Assembly: GCA_027593235.1 (NCBI GenBank)
Contig: JAQCIU010000043.1
Span: forward strand, 1-25,091
DNA: 25,091 nt
Reading direction: 5' to 3'
Origin: Chloroflexota bacterium
GTDB lineage: Bacteria > Chloroflexota > Dehalococcoidia > UBA2979
A model generated the notes under the pieces. That model was not told the origin of the DNA. It saw nothing but the letters and a program-made list of their open reading frames with translations, and searched no databases. This document shows positions 1-8,861 of this stretch, in pieces. The translations under genes were made by a program, and so were the position numbers. The stretch's first letter is position 1; each line of letters begins with the position of its first letter.

Positions 1-149
1 CGCGCGTCGGCGGCGAGCGGCAGCAGTGCGGCGACGGCGGCGGTCAGCCACCACGGCGTTTCGAGCAGGGCGGCGATGGCAACGCCAACGAGGAACATTC
101 CCGCCAGGAGCGGGAGCGTTGGAACGCGTGGGTGCAGGCGACCGTTCAC
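1..149 (-). CDS. comEC: ComEC/Rec2 family competence protein, N-terminal part (runs off left edge)
   Basis: GTG at 149 overlaps the comEA stop (GTGA). Manual translation gives a hydrophobic membrane-type N-terminus, MNGRLHPRVPTLPLLAGMFLVGVAIAALLETPWWLTAAVAALLPLAADA. Identity rests on the usual comEA-comEC order; no diagnostic motif is visible. Confidence 0.6.
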   Translation of the reverse strand, partial: MNGRLHPRVPTLPLLAGMFLVGVAIAALLETPWWLTAAVAALLPLAADA

Positions 150-670
150 GGCACTCCGACGGAGACCAGGTCGCGGATCTGCTCGTAGGTTCGCGCCGGG
201 ATCAGCTCCCGATCGAGCAGGTCGTCGCTCGACGCGAACGGGGTCGCGTCGCGAGCGTCGACGATTCGCCCGGCGTAGACCGGGCCGATGCCCGGCAGCG
301 CCTCAAGTTCATCGGCAGACGCGCGGTTGAGGTCCAAGAGCGGAGCGGCTTCGCCGAGCCGGGGGACGTAGATCTGGTCCTCGTCACGGACACGCCGGGC
401 GAGATTGACGCCGGCGGTATCGGCGTCGCTCGCGAGGCCACCGGCGCGCGCGATGACCTCGGCGACCCGCTCGCCCGAATCAGCCTCGACGAGCCCGGGC
501 GCGAGTACGGCGCCACTGACCTGGACGAGGATCGTGTCGACGCCGGCAGGCGGCGTTCCGCGGACGATCTCCAGCCCTCGCGAGGGTGCGCGCTGGGTGA
601 ATCCGATCAGCAGCGCGACGACGATCGCGGCGATCAGGGTGGCGTTCAGCGCGTTGAATCGTGGCAGCAC
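146..670 (-). CDS. comEA: ComEA family DNA-binding protein (TM anchor, SLBB domain, helix-hairpin-helix)
   Basis: N-terminal hydrophobic anchor; VQVSGAVLAPG...RVAEVIARAGG...VNLARRVRDEDQIYVP (SLBB); LDLNRASADELEALPGIGPVYAGRIV (HhH); GGAGG upstream of GTG. Confidence 0.93.
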   Translation of the reverse strand: MLPRFNALNATLIAAIVVALLIGFTQRAPSRGLEIVRGTPPAGVDTILVQVSGAVLAPGLVEADSGERVAEVIARAGGLASDADTAGVNLARRVRDEDQIYVPRLGEAAPLLDLNRASADELEALPGIGPVYAGRIVDARDATPFASSDDLLDRELIPARTYEQIRDLVSVGVP

Positions 671-761
671 GGCCCCTCCCGGAGCCGCATGCTACGAGGA
701 ATCAGTCAGCAACGGGAGTGGAACGGGACACTCCCCTGCCGCCGGTCCAGCCTCGGCAACC

Positions 762-1499
762 TCAGCGCGAGGTGCGCCATTCGTCGAGGGCGGCCTTCTG
801 GGCGGCGAAGAGCTGCTTGATGCCGGCGCTGGCGATATCGACCATCTCCGTCATCTGCTCGCGGCTGAAGGGCTCGCCCTCGGCGGTGCCTTGCACCTCG
901 ACGAGCTGGCCGGTGCCGAGCATGACGACGTTGAAGTCGACGCCGGCAGCGGAGTCTTCGCGGTAGTCGAGGTCGAGCAGCGGCTGCTTCTCGAAGATGC
1001 CGGCGGAGATGGCGCCGACCTGCGTCTTGAGCGGCGAGGTGGGCATGGAGCCGGCGCGCTGCATCCACTCGATCGCCATGGCGAGGGCGACCCAGGCGCC
1101 GGTGATCGAGGCGGTGCGCGTGCCGCCGTCGGCCTGGATCACGTCGCAGTCGAGCGTGATGGTCTGTTCGCCGAGCGCCTGCATGTCGATCGCGGCGCGG
1201 AGCGAGCGGCCAATCAGGCGCTGGATCTCCTGGGTGCGACCACCCTGCTTGCCGCGCGCGGCCTCGCGGTCGTTACGGGTGTTGGTGGCGCGGGGGAGCA
1301 TGCCGTATTCGGCGGTGACCCAGCCGGCGCCGCTGCCACGCAGCCAGCCCGGTACACGCGGCTCAACGCTGGCGGCACAGAGCACCTGGGTGTCGCCCAT
1401 CCAGATCATCGCGGAGCCCTCGGCGTTCTTGAGGTAGCCGGGTTCGATGGTGACGGGACGGAGATCGCGGGGACCTCGATCGTATGAGCGCTGGAACAT
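762..1499 (-). CDS. rph: Ribonuclease PH
   Basis: [64 protein letters not shown]. Start moved to ATG 1499, which has a GGAGG RBS; the ORF-track extension to 1784 is not supported. Confidence 0.97.
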   Translation of the reverse strand: MFQRSYDRGPRDLRPVTIEPGYLKNAEGSAMIWMGDTQVLCAASVEPRVPGWLRGSGAGWVTAEYGMLPRATNTRNDREAARGKQGGRTQEIQRLIGRSLRAAIDMQALGEQTITLDCDVIQADGGTRTASITGAWVALAMAIEWMQRAGSMPTSPLKTQVGAISAGIFEKQPLLDLDYREDSAAGVDFNVVMLGTGQLVEVQGTAEGEPFSREQMTEMVDIASAGIKQLFAAQKAALDEWRTSR

Positions 1500-1601
1500 G
1501 CGGCCTCCCTTGGCGGCCGGTACCGTAGCACGCGGCCGAACGACGGCCGAGCGCCGACCGCCCTCGGCATCCGCAGCGTGATGAGCAGAATCGAGCCCCC
1601 G

Positions 1602-1979
1602 ATGCCCGCCTACCGTCTGTACGCCGATGACTCGGGCACGACGCACCTCGAACCGCTCGATCTCGGGGACCGCGGCTGGGAGAACGGGCCGGGCGAGTTC
1701 AAGGGCGTGGGCGGCAGCGTACTGGGCGATGCGAGCCGGGTGATGCTGATGCGCTTCGAGACGGGCGCGCGGCCGGGGCTGCACCGCGCGGTGCCGTCGT
1801 TCGCGATCTGCCTCGAGGGCGAGATCGTGGTGACCGCCTCGGACGGGACGAACGTGGCACTGGGGCCGGGGGACGCGGTGCGCGTGGAGACGACGGGGCG
1901 CGGCGGGTGGCAGCTCGGCAACCGCGCCGACGCACCCTCGTTGCTGGCGGTCGTGCAGATGCCCCCTTCGGGGGGGTAA
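1602..1979 (+). CDS. Small cupin-like protein
   Basis: [13 protein letters not shown]-terminus, [17 protein letters not shown]...[13 protein letters not shown] beta-barrel pattern. Start uncertain (1578, 1581 or 1602). Confidence 0.7.
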   Translation: MPAYRLYADDSGTTHLEPLDLGDRGWENGPGEFKGVGGSVLGDASRVMLMRFETGARPGLHRAVPSFAICLEGEIVVTASDGTNVALGPGDAVRVETTGRGGWQLGNRADAPSLLAVVQMPPSGG

Positions 1980-1983
1980 CGAC
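1962..1983. repeat. C5-TTCG-G5 hairpin element, copy 1
   Basis: CCCCCTTCGGGGGGGTAACGAC overlapping the cupin 3' end; near-identical copy at 10231. Confidence 0.55.
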
Positions 1984-2105
1984 GCTTCGCGTCTGTTGGC
2001 GGGAGTGCGCGGTTGGGGTGTAGCGACGTGCCGCGTCAGGGGGTGGTCGCCGGGGGATTGGGCGGGGGTGCCGGATGGCCTCGGAGAGGGCGCCCCCAGA
2101 GGGGG

Positions 2106-3689
2106 TTAGGACAGCTCGATCTGGCGGACGGAGCGGATGTCCTCGAGCTGACCGACCTCGGTGATTTCGGCGGGGGTGAGGGCGCGGGCGGTGGAGATCG
2201 CGAGGATCATGAGGGCGCGGCCCTCCTGGTCGGCGGAGACGGACATGGCGTTGATGTTGACGCCCCAACTGCCGAGGAGCGTGGCGACGCGACCGATGCG
2301 GCCGGGGCGGTCGAGGTTCTCGATCGCGAGCAGGTAGCGGGAGTCGGTGTTGACCTCGATGGCGTATTCGCCGATGCCGACGATGCGGGGGCCGGTGGGG
2401 CTGTTGGTGGTGGAGACGGTTTCGCCGCCGCCGTTGCGCAGAGCGCTGACGGTGACGCGATTCGCGAAGGGTTCGACGGCGGGGCCGCTGTCCTCCTCGA
2501 TGCGGATGCCGTGCTCCTGGGCCATCTGATCGGCGTTGACCAGCGTCACCTTCTCGGAGGTGACGCGCTCGAGCAGGCCGATGATGACGGCGGCGCGCAG
2601 CGGGGCCGTCTCGTAGTTGCCGATCTGGCCGCGGTACTCGATGCGGACGCGCTCGACGCCGCCGCCCGCAAGCTGCATGGCAACGGTTGCGGCGAGTTCG
2701 GCGCAATCGAGGTAGGGGCCGATGATCGCCATCGTCTCTTCGTCGACGAGCGGTGCGTTGACCGCGAAGCGGGCGGAGCGGCCGGCAAGCACGTCGAGGA
2801 TCTGCTCGGCGGTCTGGGTGGCGGCGCGGGTTTGAGCCTCGGCGGTTGAGGCGGCGAGGTGGGGAGTGACGATGATGCGATCGTGGGTGGTGAGCACGTT
2901 GCCGACGGCTGGTTCGGCGCTGAAGACGTCGATCGCCGCGCCACCGATGACGCCTGCATCGACGGCGTCGTAGAGCGCCTGCTCGTCGACGAGGGCGCCG
3001 CGGGCGGCGTTGATGAGGACGGCGGTGGGCTTCATGCGTTCGAGCTGGGGGGTGCTGATCATTCCGCGCGTGCCGTCGTGGAGGGCGGTGTGCAGCGTGA
3101 CGAAGTCGGAGGCGGCGAGCAGGTCATCGAGATCCATCAACTCGACGCCGAGCTGGCTGGCGCGGTCCTTGGAGACGAATGGATCGAACGCGAGCACCCG
3201 CATTTCGAAGGCGCGGGCGCGGTAGGCGACCTCGGTGCCGATGCGACCGAGGCCGACGATGCCGAGGGTGCGGCCGGCGAGTTCGACGCCGGCGTACTTG
3301 TTGCGGTCCCAGGCGCCTCCGCGCAGCGAGGCGTGGGCCTGCGGGATGTTGCGCGCGGCGGCAAGCATCAGGGCGAAGGCGTGTTCAGCCGTCGACATGG
3401 TGTTCGCGAGCGGGGCGTTGACGACGATCACGCCGTGCTGAGTGGCGGCGTCGAGATCGATGTTGTCGACGCCGACACCGGCGCGTCCGATCACCTCGAG
3501 GTTGGGGGCGGCCTCGATGACGCGGGCGGTGACCTGGGTCTGGCTGCGGACGAGCAGCGCCTTCACGTCAGCCAGTTCGAGGATGAGATCATCCTCGGAG
3601 AGGCCGGTCTTGATGATCACCTCATGCTCGACGGCGAGCAGGTCGAGGCCGGCCTGACCCAGTGAGTCGGCGACAAAAATGCGAGCCAC
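2106..3689 (-). CDS. serA: D-3-phosphoglycerate dehydrogenase, long form with C-terminal regulatory (ASB/ACT) domains
   Basis: RAGVGVDNID, GIVGLGRIG (NAD-binding), INAARG, DVFSAEP, TPHLAASTAEAQ, C-terminal NLDRPGRIG (ACT). GTG start at 3689 with GGAG RBS. Confidence 0.96.
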   Translation of the reverse strand: MARIFVADSLGQAGLDLLAVEHEVIIKTGLSEDDLILELADVKALLVRSQTQVTARVIEAAPNLEVIGRAGVGVDNIDLDAATQHGVIVVNAPLANTMSTAEHAFALMLAAARNIPQAHASLRGGAWDRNKYAGVELAGRTLGIVGLGRIGTEVAYRARAFEMRVLAFDPFVSKDRASQLGVELMDLDDLLAASDFVTLHTALHDGTRGMISTPQLERMKPTAVLINAARGALVDEQALYDAVDAGVIGGAAIDVFSAEPAVGNVLTTHDRIIVTPHLAASTAEAQTRAATQTAEQILDVLAGRSARFAVNAPLVDEETMAIIGPYLDCAELAATVAMQLAGGGVERVRIEYRGQIGNYETAPLRAAVIIGLLERVTSEKVTLVNADQMAQEHGIRIEEDSGPAVEPFANRVTVSALRNGGGETVSTTNSPTGPRIVGIGEYAIEVNTDSRYLLAIENLDRPGRIGRVATLLGSWGVNINAMSVSADQEGRALMILAISTARALTPAEITEVGQLEDIRSVRQIELS

Positions 3690-3702
3690 GAGCAAACGCT
3701 CC

Positions 3703-4803
3703 CTAGGTGCGGTTGGGGATCGGGTGCCCCACGCGTTCGAGCGCGCCCTCGAGGCCACTGAGGCCGTCGCGGATGTGCTCTTCGGTGACGTAGCCGAGGT
3801 GCCCGAAGCGGACGATCTGGCCTTTGAGCGAGCCCTGGCCGCCGGCGAAGACGGTATCGAACTCCTCGCGAGCGACTTTGACGAGCTTGCCGCCGTCGAT
3901 GCCTTCCGGGACGCGGATGGCGGTGACGGTGTCGGACTCGGAGCCCTCTTCGGCGAAGAGTTCGAGGCCGAGGGCGCGGACGCCGTCGCGGGTCATCTGG
4001 GCGAGGCGGCGGTGCCGGTCGTAGATGGCCTCGATGCCTTCCTCGAACATCAGGTCGAGCGCCTTATCGAGCTGGAAGAAGAGGTTGACGGCCGGGGTCG
4101 ACGGCGTCTGACCGTTCTCCAGGTAGTCCTTGGCCTTCTGGAGGTCGAGGTAGAAGCGCGGGGTGGTCGTGTGTGACTGCTTCTCCCAGGAACGGGCGCT
4201 GCAGGAGACGAAGACCAGGCCGGGGCCGATCATCCAGCCCTTCTGGGAACCGGAGATGACGACATCCAAGCCCCACTGATCGACCGGGACGGGGATCGAG
4301 GAGAGCGACGAGATCGCGTCGACGATGATCAGGCAGTCGTGCTTGCGCGCGACCTCGGCGATCTGGGGAAGTTGCTTGTTGGTGACGCCCGTGGAGGTCT
4401 CGTTGTGCGTGACCATGAGCGTGCGGATGTCGGGGTTCTCTTGGAGCGCCTGATCGATCCGGTTCGGGTCGATCGAGGTGCCGAACTCGAAGGCGAGTTC
4501 AACCGGGTCACCGCCGAAGGCGCGGGTCAGGTCGACGAAGCGCTTGCCAAAGACACCGACGGTGGCGATCAGCACCTTTTCGCCCGGGTTGACGTGGCAG
4601 GAGACCGCAGCCTCCATGCCGCCGGTCCCGGAGGCGGTGAGGGTGAGCACGTCGTTCTTGGTTTGATAGACCGTGCGGACGCGTTCCGTGGTGCGTGTGA
4701 TGATTTCCGCGAACTCTGGCCCGCGGTGGTTGATCATCTCGGCGGCACCGGCCTCGGCCACCGCTGTGGGCACAGGGGTGGGACCGGGGATGCGCAGATT
4801 CAC
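3703..4803 (-). CDS. Class V PLP-dependent aminotransferase (serine-pyruvate/alanine-glyoxylate family), probable phosphoserine aminotransferase role
   Basis: IPGPTP, HRGPEF, SGTGGMEA, HNETSTG, VDAISS, SGSQKG (PLP lysine), RFGHLG. GTG start at 4803 with GGAGG; lies directly upstream of serA. Confidence 0.92.
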   Translation of the reverse strand: MNLRIPGPTPVPTAVAEAGAAEMINHRGPEFAEIITRTTERVRTVYQTKNDVLTLTASGTGGMEAAVSCHVNPGEKVLIATVGVFGKRFVDLTRAFGGDPVELAFEFGTSIDPNRIDQALQENPDIRTLMVTHNETSTGVTNKQLPQIAEVARKHDCLIIVDAISSLSSIPVPVDQWGLDVVISGSQKGWMIGPGLVFVSCSARSWEKQSHTTTPRFYLDLQKAKDYLENGQTPSTPAVNLFFQLDKALDLMFEEGIEAIYDRHRRLAQMTRDGVRALGLELFAEEGSESDTVTAIRVPEGIDGGKLVKVAREEFDTVFAGGQGSLKGQIVRFGHLGYVTEEHIRDGLSGLEGALERVGHPIPNRT

Positions 4804-4869
4804 GAGAAGCCTCCGAGACTGTGGAAATCGTGAGCAGGGACGGGCCATCCGGCGCGTCAATAGACTGTG

Positions 4870-4897
4870 ATCGTACGTTCGCACCGAGTACGGTCAA
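4870..4897 (-). promoter_or_regulatory. Sigma70-type promoter for the aminotransferase-serA operon
   Basis: Minus strand TTGACC-N16-TACGAT, about 65 nt upstream of the GTG start. Confidence 0.6.
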
Positions 4898-4971
4898 CGC
4901 GGTGGACCGATCCGGCGATTACGTGGGTGAACACGGGCCCGTTGCGGGGTCGATGAGCGCGTTGCTGCGTC

Positions 4972-4977
4972 TACAAT
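4972..4977 (+). promoter_or_regulatory. Candidate -10 element for selA
   Basis: TACAAT 21 nt upstream of the TTG start, followed by a GAGGG RBS; no clear -35. Confidence 0.4.
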
Positions 4978-4998
4978 CGGGATGAAGCGAGGGACCCG

Positions 4999-6405
4999 TT
5001 GACGAACCCCTACCGCGTGCTGCCATCGGTCGATTCGCTGTTGTCCGACAGCCGGATCGCGCCGCTCACGGAGGTGCATGGGCGTGAGGCGATCGCGAGC
5101 CTTGCGCGCGAGGTGTTGAACGCCCAGCGCGAAGAGATTGGGCGCGGCGACAGCACCGAGGACACCGCGGATTTGCTGGTCGCGCGGAGCGAGACGCTGG
5201 CCTCGACGCTGGTGCGCGTGGTGAACGCGACCGGGGTGATCATTCACACGAACCTGGGCCGCGCTCCGCTCTCTCGATCGGCGATCGAGGCGATGCAGCG
5301 GGTGACGCAGAGCTATTCGACGCTGGAGTTCGACCTCGGCGAGGCGACGCGCGGATCGCGACACCAGCACCTGGAGCCGCTGCTCTGCAGCATCACGGGC
5401 GCCGAGGCGGCACTGGTCGTGAATAACGGCGCCTCGGCGCTGCTGCTCGCGCTGGCGGCGCTCTGCAGCGACCGCGAGGTGGCGATCTCACGCGGTCAGC
5501 TTGTCGAGATCGGTGGGGGCTTTCGGATCCCGGATGTGATGCGCCAGTCGGGCGCGGAGTTTGTTGAGGTGGGGACGACGAACCGGACGTACGCGAGCGA
5601 CTACGAGGGCGCGATCAGCGAGCGCACCGCGGCGCTGCTGCGGGTGCACTCCTCGAACTTCGCGCTGATCGGGTTCACGGCGTCCGCGACGATCGGCGAG
5701 CTGGCCGAGGTGGCGGCACGGCACGAGCTGAAGTTGATCGACGATCTAGGGAGCGGTGCGCTGCTAGATACGCGGCAGTACGGGCTCGCGGCAGAGCCGA
5801 TGGTGCAGGAGTCCGTGCACGCGGGATCCGATGTGGTGCTGTTCTCCGGCGACAAGCTGATCGGGGGGCCGCAGGCCGGCATCGTCGTGGGGCGCCGCGA
5901 GGCGATCGAGGCGATGCGGCGCCATCCGCTGGCGCGCGCGGTACGGATCGACAAGGCCTCGATCGCGGCGCTGGTGGCGACGTTGAAGCACTACGCGATC
6001 GGCGACGCGGAGCAGGAGATCCCGGTCTGGCGGATGATCGCGGAGCCGGTGGACGAACTGGAGCGGCGTGCACGGCGCTGGGCGCGGACCTGCCCCGCGC
6101 ACGGCGAGGCGATCAGCGAGCATTCGACGGTTGGCGGCGGATCGCTGCCCGGCGAGGAGTTGCCGACGGTGGTCTGCGCGGTGACGCCGCCCGATGGCGA
6201 CGCCGACAAGTTCGCGGCGCAGCTCCGCGGGCGGCCGACGCCGATCATCGCCCGGATCAAGGACGGGCGTGTGCTGCTCGATCCACGTACGGTCGATCCA
6301 CGCGAGGACGGGCACGTGGAACAGGCCCTCGCGGCGATCTGCGGGGCGCATCAGCTTCCGCCACGACCACTTTCCCGGAATGTGAGCCCGCCACCTGGAC
6401 GATAG
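4999..6405 (+). CDS. selA: L-seryl-tRNA(Sec) selenium transferase (selenocysteine synthase)
   Basis: VVNATGVIIHTNLGRAPL, VNNGA, SRGQLVEIGGGFRIPDVM, EVGTTNRT, DLGSG, FSGDKLIGGPQAG (PLP lysine), HPLARAVRIDK, VGGGSLP. Confidence 0.97.
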   Translation: MTNPYRVLPSVDSLLSDSRIAPLTEVHGREAIASLAREVLNAQREEIGRGDSTEDTADLLVARSETLASTLVRVVNATGVIIHTNLGRAPLSRSAIEAMQRVTQSYSTLEFDLGEATRGSRHQHLEPLLCSITGAEAALVVNNGASALLLALAALCSDREVAISRGQLVEIGGGFRIPDVMRQSGAEFVEVGTTNRTYASDYEGAISERTAALLRVHSSNFALIGFTASATIGELAEVAARHELKLIDDLGSGALLDTRQYGLAAEPMVQESVHAGSDVVLFSGDKLIGGPQAGIVVGRREAIEAMRRHPLARAVRIDKASIAALVATLKHYAIGDAEQEIPVWRMIAEPVDELERRARRWARTCPAHGEAISEHSTVGGGSLPGEELPTVVCAVTPPDGDADKFAAQLRGRPTPIIARIKDGRVLLDPRTVDPREDGHVEQALAAICGAHQLPPRPLSRNVSPPPGR

Positions 6406-8788
6406 GACGCTCGAGGTCCTCGAGTACCCGGCGGTCATCGATCGGCTGGTACGCCTGACGGCGTTCTCAGCCGGGCGGATGGAGGCGCAGGGGCTGCGAC
6501 CGGTGGTCGATCGCGATGAGGTGGTGCGCCGGCAACGGCTGACCGCGGAGGCACTCGCGCTTGAACAACTCGGGGTCGACGTGCCGCTGGGTGGCGCGCG
6601 CGATATCCGCGAGCAGGCGGAGGCGGCGGATCTCGGGCAGGTGCTGACGCCCTCGGAACTGCTCGACATCGCGGACGCGTCTCGCGCGGCGGTGACGGTG
6701 CGGCGGGCGCTGACGCGGCTCCAGGCGGAAGCGCCGCTGATGGCGGTGATTGCCGGCGGGATCGGCGAGCTGGATCCGCTGCGCGGGCTGATTGGCGCGG
6801 CGATCGCGGACGGCGGCGATGTCCGCGACGAGGCCAGCCCGGAACTGCGCCAGATTCGCTCGGAGGTGCTCTCCGCGCACGACCAACTCCAGCAGCGGAT
6901 GCAGGCGCTGGCGAACAGCCACGGGCTGCGAACGTTCTTGCGGGAACCGATCGTGACGATCCGCGATGGACGTTATGTCCTTCCCGTTCGTGCCGAGTCG
7001 CGTGGTTCCGTACCCGGGGTCGTGCATGACACCTCGGCGTCAGGCGCCACGGTTTATGTCGAGCCGCTGGTGGTCGTGGAACTGGGCAACCGCTGGCGCG
7101 AGCTACAGGTGCAGGAGCGCCGCGAGGTCGAGCGGATTCTCCGCGAGCTGTCGCGGTCGGTCGGCGACGCGCGTCACGATCTGGTCGACGCGATCGAACG
7201 CCTCGCGAAGATCGACGTGACGGTGGCGAAGGGGCGACTGGCGCGCGAGCTGGGTGCCACGGATCTGCACGATCGTGGCCGACAGGCGTGGCTGGTCGAC
7301 GTCCCGGGCGAGTTGCGGTTGATGGAGGCGCGGCACCCACTGCTGGGCGCGAACGTGGTTGCGAACACGATCGTCGTGGGCGGTGATTACCACGCGCTGC
7401 TGATTACCGGGCCGAACACCGGCGGCAAGACCGTGGCGTTGAAGACGGCCGGTCTGCTGACGCTGATGGCGCTGGCGGGACTGCCGGTCCCCGCGGGGCG
7501 CGGATCGACGGTTCCGGTCTACGAATCGGTGTTCGCCGACATCGGCGATGAGCAGTCGATCGAACAGTCGCTCTCGACGTTCTCCGGACACATGACGGCG
7601 ATCATCTCGGTGCTCGAACGAGCGGACGAGCAGTCGCTGGTGCTGCTGGACGAACTGGGGGCGGGTACCGACCCGACCGAGGGCGCAGCCCTGGCGGTCG
7701 CGATCGTCGACCGATTGCTCGCGAGCGGCGCGTCGCTGATCGCGACGACCCACCACAACGAGCTGAAGCTCTACGCGCACCGGACGCCGGACGTGGTGAA
7801 CGCCTCGGTGGAGTTCGACCTCGAATCGCTGTCGCCGACGTACCGGCTGACGATCGGGTTGCCGGGGCAATCGAACGCGCTGGCGATCGCGCTCAACCTC
7901 GGGATGCAGGCGGACGTGATCGAGACGGCGCGGACGAGCCTGTCGACCGAGGATCGCGAGCTGGAGTCGATGCTGGCCGAGCTGCGCGGGCAGCTCGCGG
8001 CGGCCGAGGAGCGGGCGGCGCGGGCGGCGGCGGACGCGGAGCGCGCGGAGGGATTGCGGGAGGAACGGGAACGCGAGCTGAACCAGCTTGCGGGCGACGC
8101 GACGCGACTGCGCGAAGACGCGCGGATCCGGGTCCGCGACGAGCTGCGGGAGGTACGCCGGCTGCTCGAGAAGAGCAGGCGGGAGATCGAGGCGGCGCGG
8201 CTGGAGCAGGCGGGCGCCGACTTCGAGCGGGCGCAACAGGCGGCGGAGAAGCTGCGACCGGAACCGGAGCCCGAGCCAGCGCGCGTCGTGCGGTTCGAGG
8301 CACCGATCCGGCATCGGGCGGTTGACGCGGAGATCGTGGTCACGACCGGCGCGACGGTATGGCTGCGCGGCATCGGGGTGCCAGGCGAGGCGCTGTCCGA
8401 GCCGGACGACCGTGGCGAGTTCGACGTGCAGCTTGGGGCGCTGCGGACGCGGGTGCGGCTGGAGCAGGTGCAGTCGACCGGCGACCCGATGCCCGACACC
8501 GCGCGATCGCGGCTGCGGCTACCGGCGGCGCCGTTCACGGCCTCGGAGATCGAGGTGCGGGGGCAGCGGCTGGATGAGGCGATGCCACTGGTCGAGAAGT
8601 TCCTGGACGACGCGGCGCGCTCCGGTCACGGCCGGGTGCGGCTGATCCACGGTCGCGGCACGGGTACGCTACGGCGCGCGGTGCGCGAACTGCTGGACCG
8701 CCATCCGCTGGTCACCGGTTACGAGACGGCGGAGCCCAAAGAAGGTGGCGAGGGCGTCACCGTGGCGACGCTGGCCACGACGGGCTAG
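6395..8788 (+). CDS. mutS2: Endonuclease MutS2 (ATPase, coiled coil, KOW, Smr)
   Basis: VHDTSASGATVYVEP, ITGPNTGGKT (Walker A), DIGDEQSIEQSLSTFSGH, LLDELGAGTDPTEG, TTH, NASVEFD, IHGRGTGTLR...EGGEGVT (Smr). MutS2-like N-terminus (LDDRTLEVLEY) extends upstream of the ORF-track ATG 6479 to CTG 6395, so the start codon is uncertain. Confidence 0.95.
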   Translation: MDDRTLEVLEYPAVIDRLVRLTAFSAGRMEAQGLRPVVDRDEVVRRQRLTAEALALEQLGVDVPLGGARDIREQAEAADLGQVLTPSELLDIADASRAAVTVRRALTRLQAEAPLMAVIAGGIGELDPLRGLIGAAIADGGDVRDEASPELRQIRSEVLSAHDQLQQRMQALANSHGLRTFLREPIVTIRDGRYVLPVRAESRGSVPGVVHDTSASGATVYVEPLVVVELGNRWRELQVQERREVERILRELSRSVGDARHDLVDAIERLAKIDVTVAKGRLARELGATDLHDRGRQAWLVDVPGELRLMEARHPLLGANVVANTIVVGGDYHALLITGPNTGGKTVALKTAGLLTLMALAGLPVPAGRGSTVPVYESVFADIGDEQSIEQSLSTFSGHMTAIISVLERADEQSLVLLDELGAGTDPTEGAALAVAIVDRLLASGASLIATTHHNELKLYAHRTPDVVNASVEFDLESLSPTYRLTIGLPGQSNALAIALNLGMQADVIETARTSLSTEDRELESMLAELRGQLAAAEERAARAAADAERAEGLREERERELNQLAGDATRLREDARIRVRDELREVRRLLEKSRREIEAARLEQAGADFERAQQAAEKLRPEPEPEPARVVRFEAPIRHRAVDAEIVVTTGATVWLRGIGVPGEALSEPDDRGEFDVQLGALRTRVRLEQVQSTGDPMPDTARSRLRLPAAPFTASEIEVRGQRLDEAMPLVEKFLDDAARSGHGRVRLIHGRGTGTLRRAVRELLDRHPLVTGYETAEPKEGGEGVTVATLATTG

Positions 8789-8792
8789 AGCA

Positions 8793-8815
8793 GCCGAGGG
8801 TCGGTGATCCTCGGC
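8793..8815 (+). terminator. Stem-loop after mutS2 (possible terminator or stabiliser)
   Basis: GCCGAGGGTC-GGT-GATCCTCGGC, 10-bp stem with one G-U pair; no U-tract. Confidence 0.35.
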
Positions 8816-8861
8816 GGGTCGGGCGCGGGGAGCCGCGGCACCAAGGATGCAGGGGGACACG

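Noticed and set aside
4982-5002. Six-codon ORF MKRGTR* overlapping the selA TTG start
   Set aside because: It begins only 4 nt after the candidate -10 box, probably upstream of the TSS, and is too short to distinguish from chance.
7980-8280. Repetitive GCG/GAG-rich tract and CCGGAACCGGAGCCCGAGCCA
   Set aside because: These encode the MutS2 coiled coil and a PEPEPEP linker, not a DNA repeat element.
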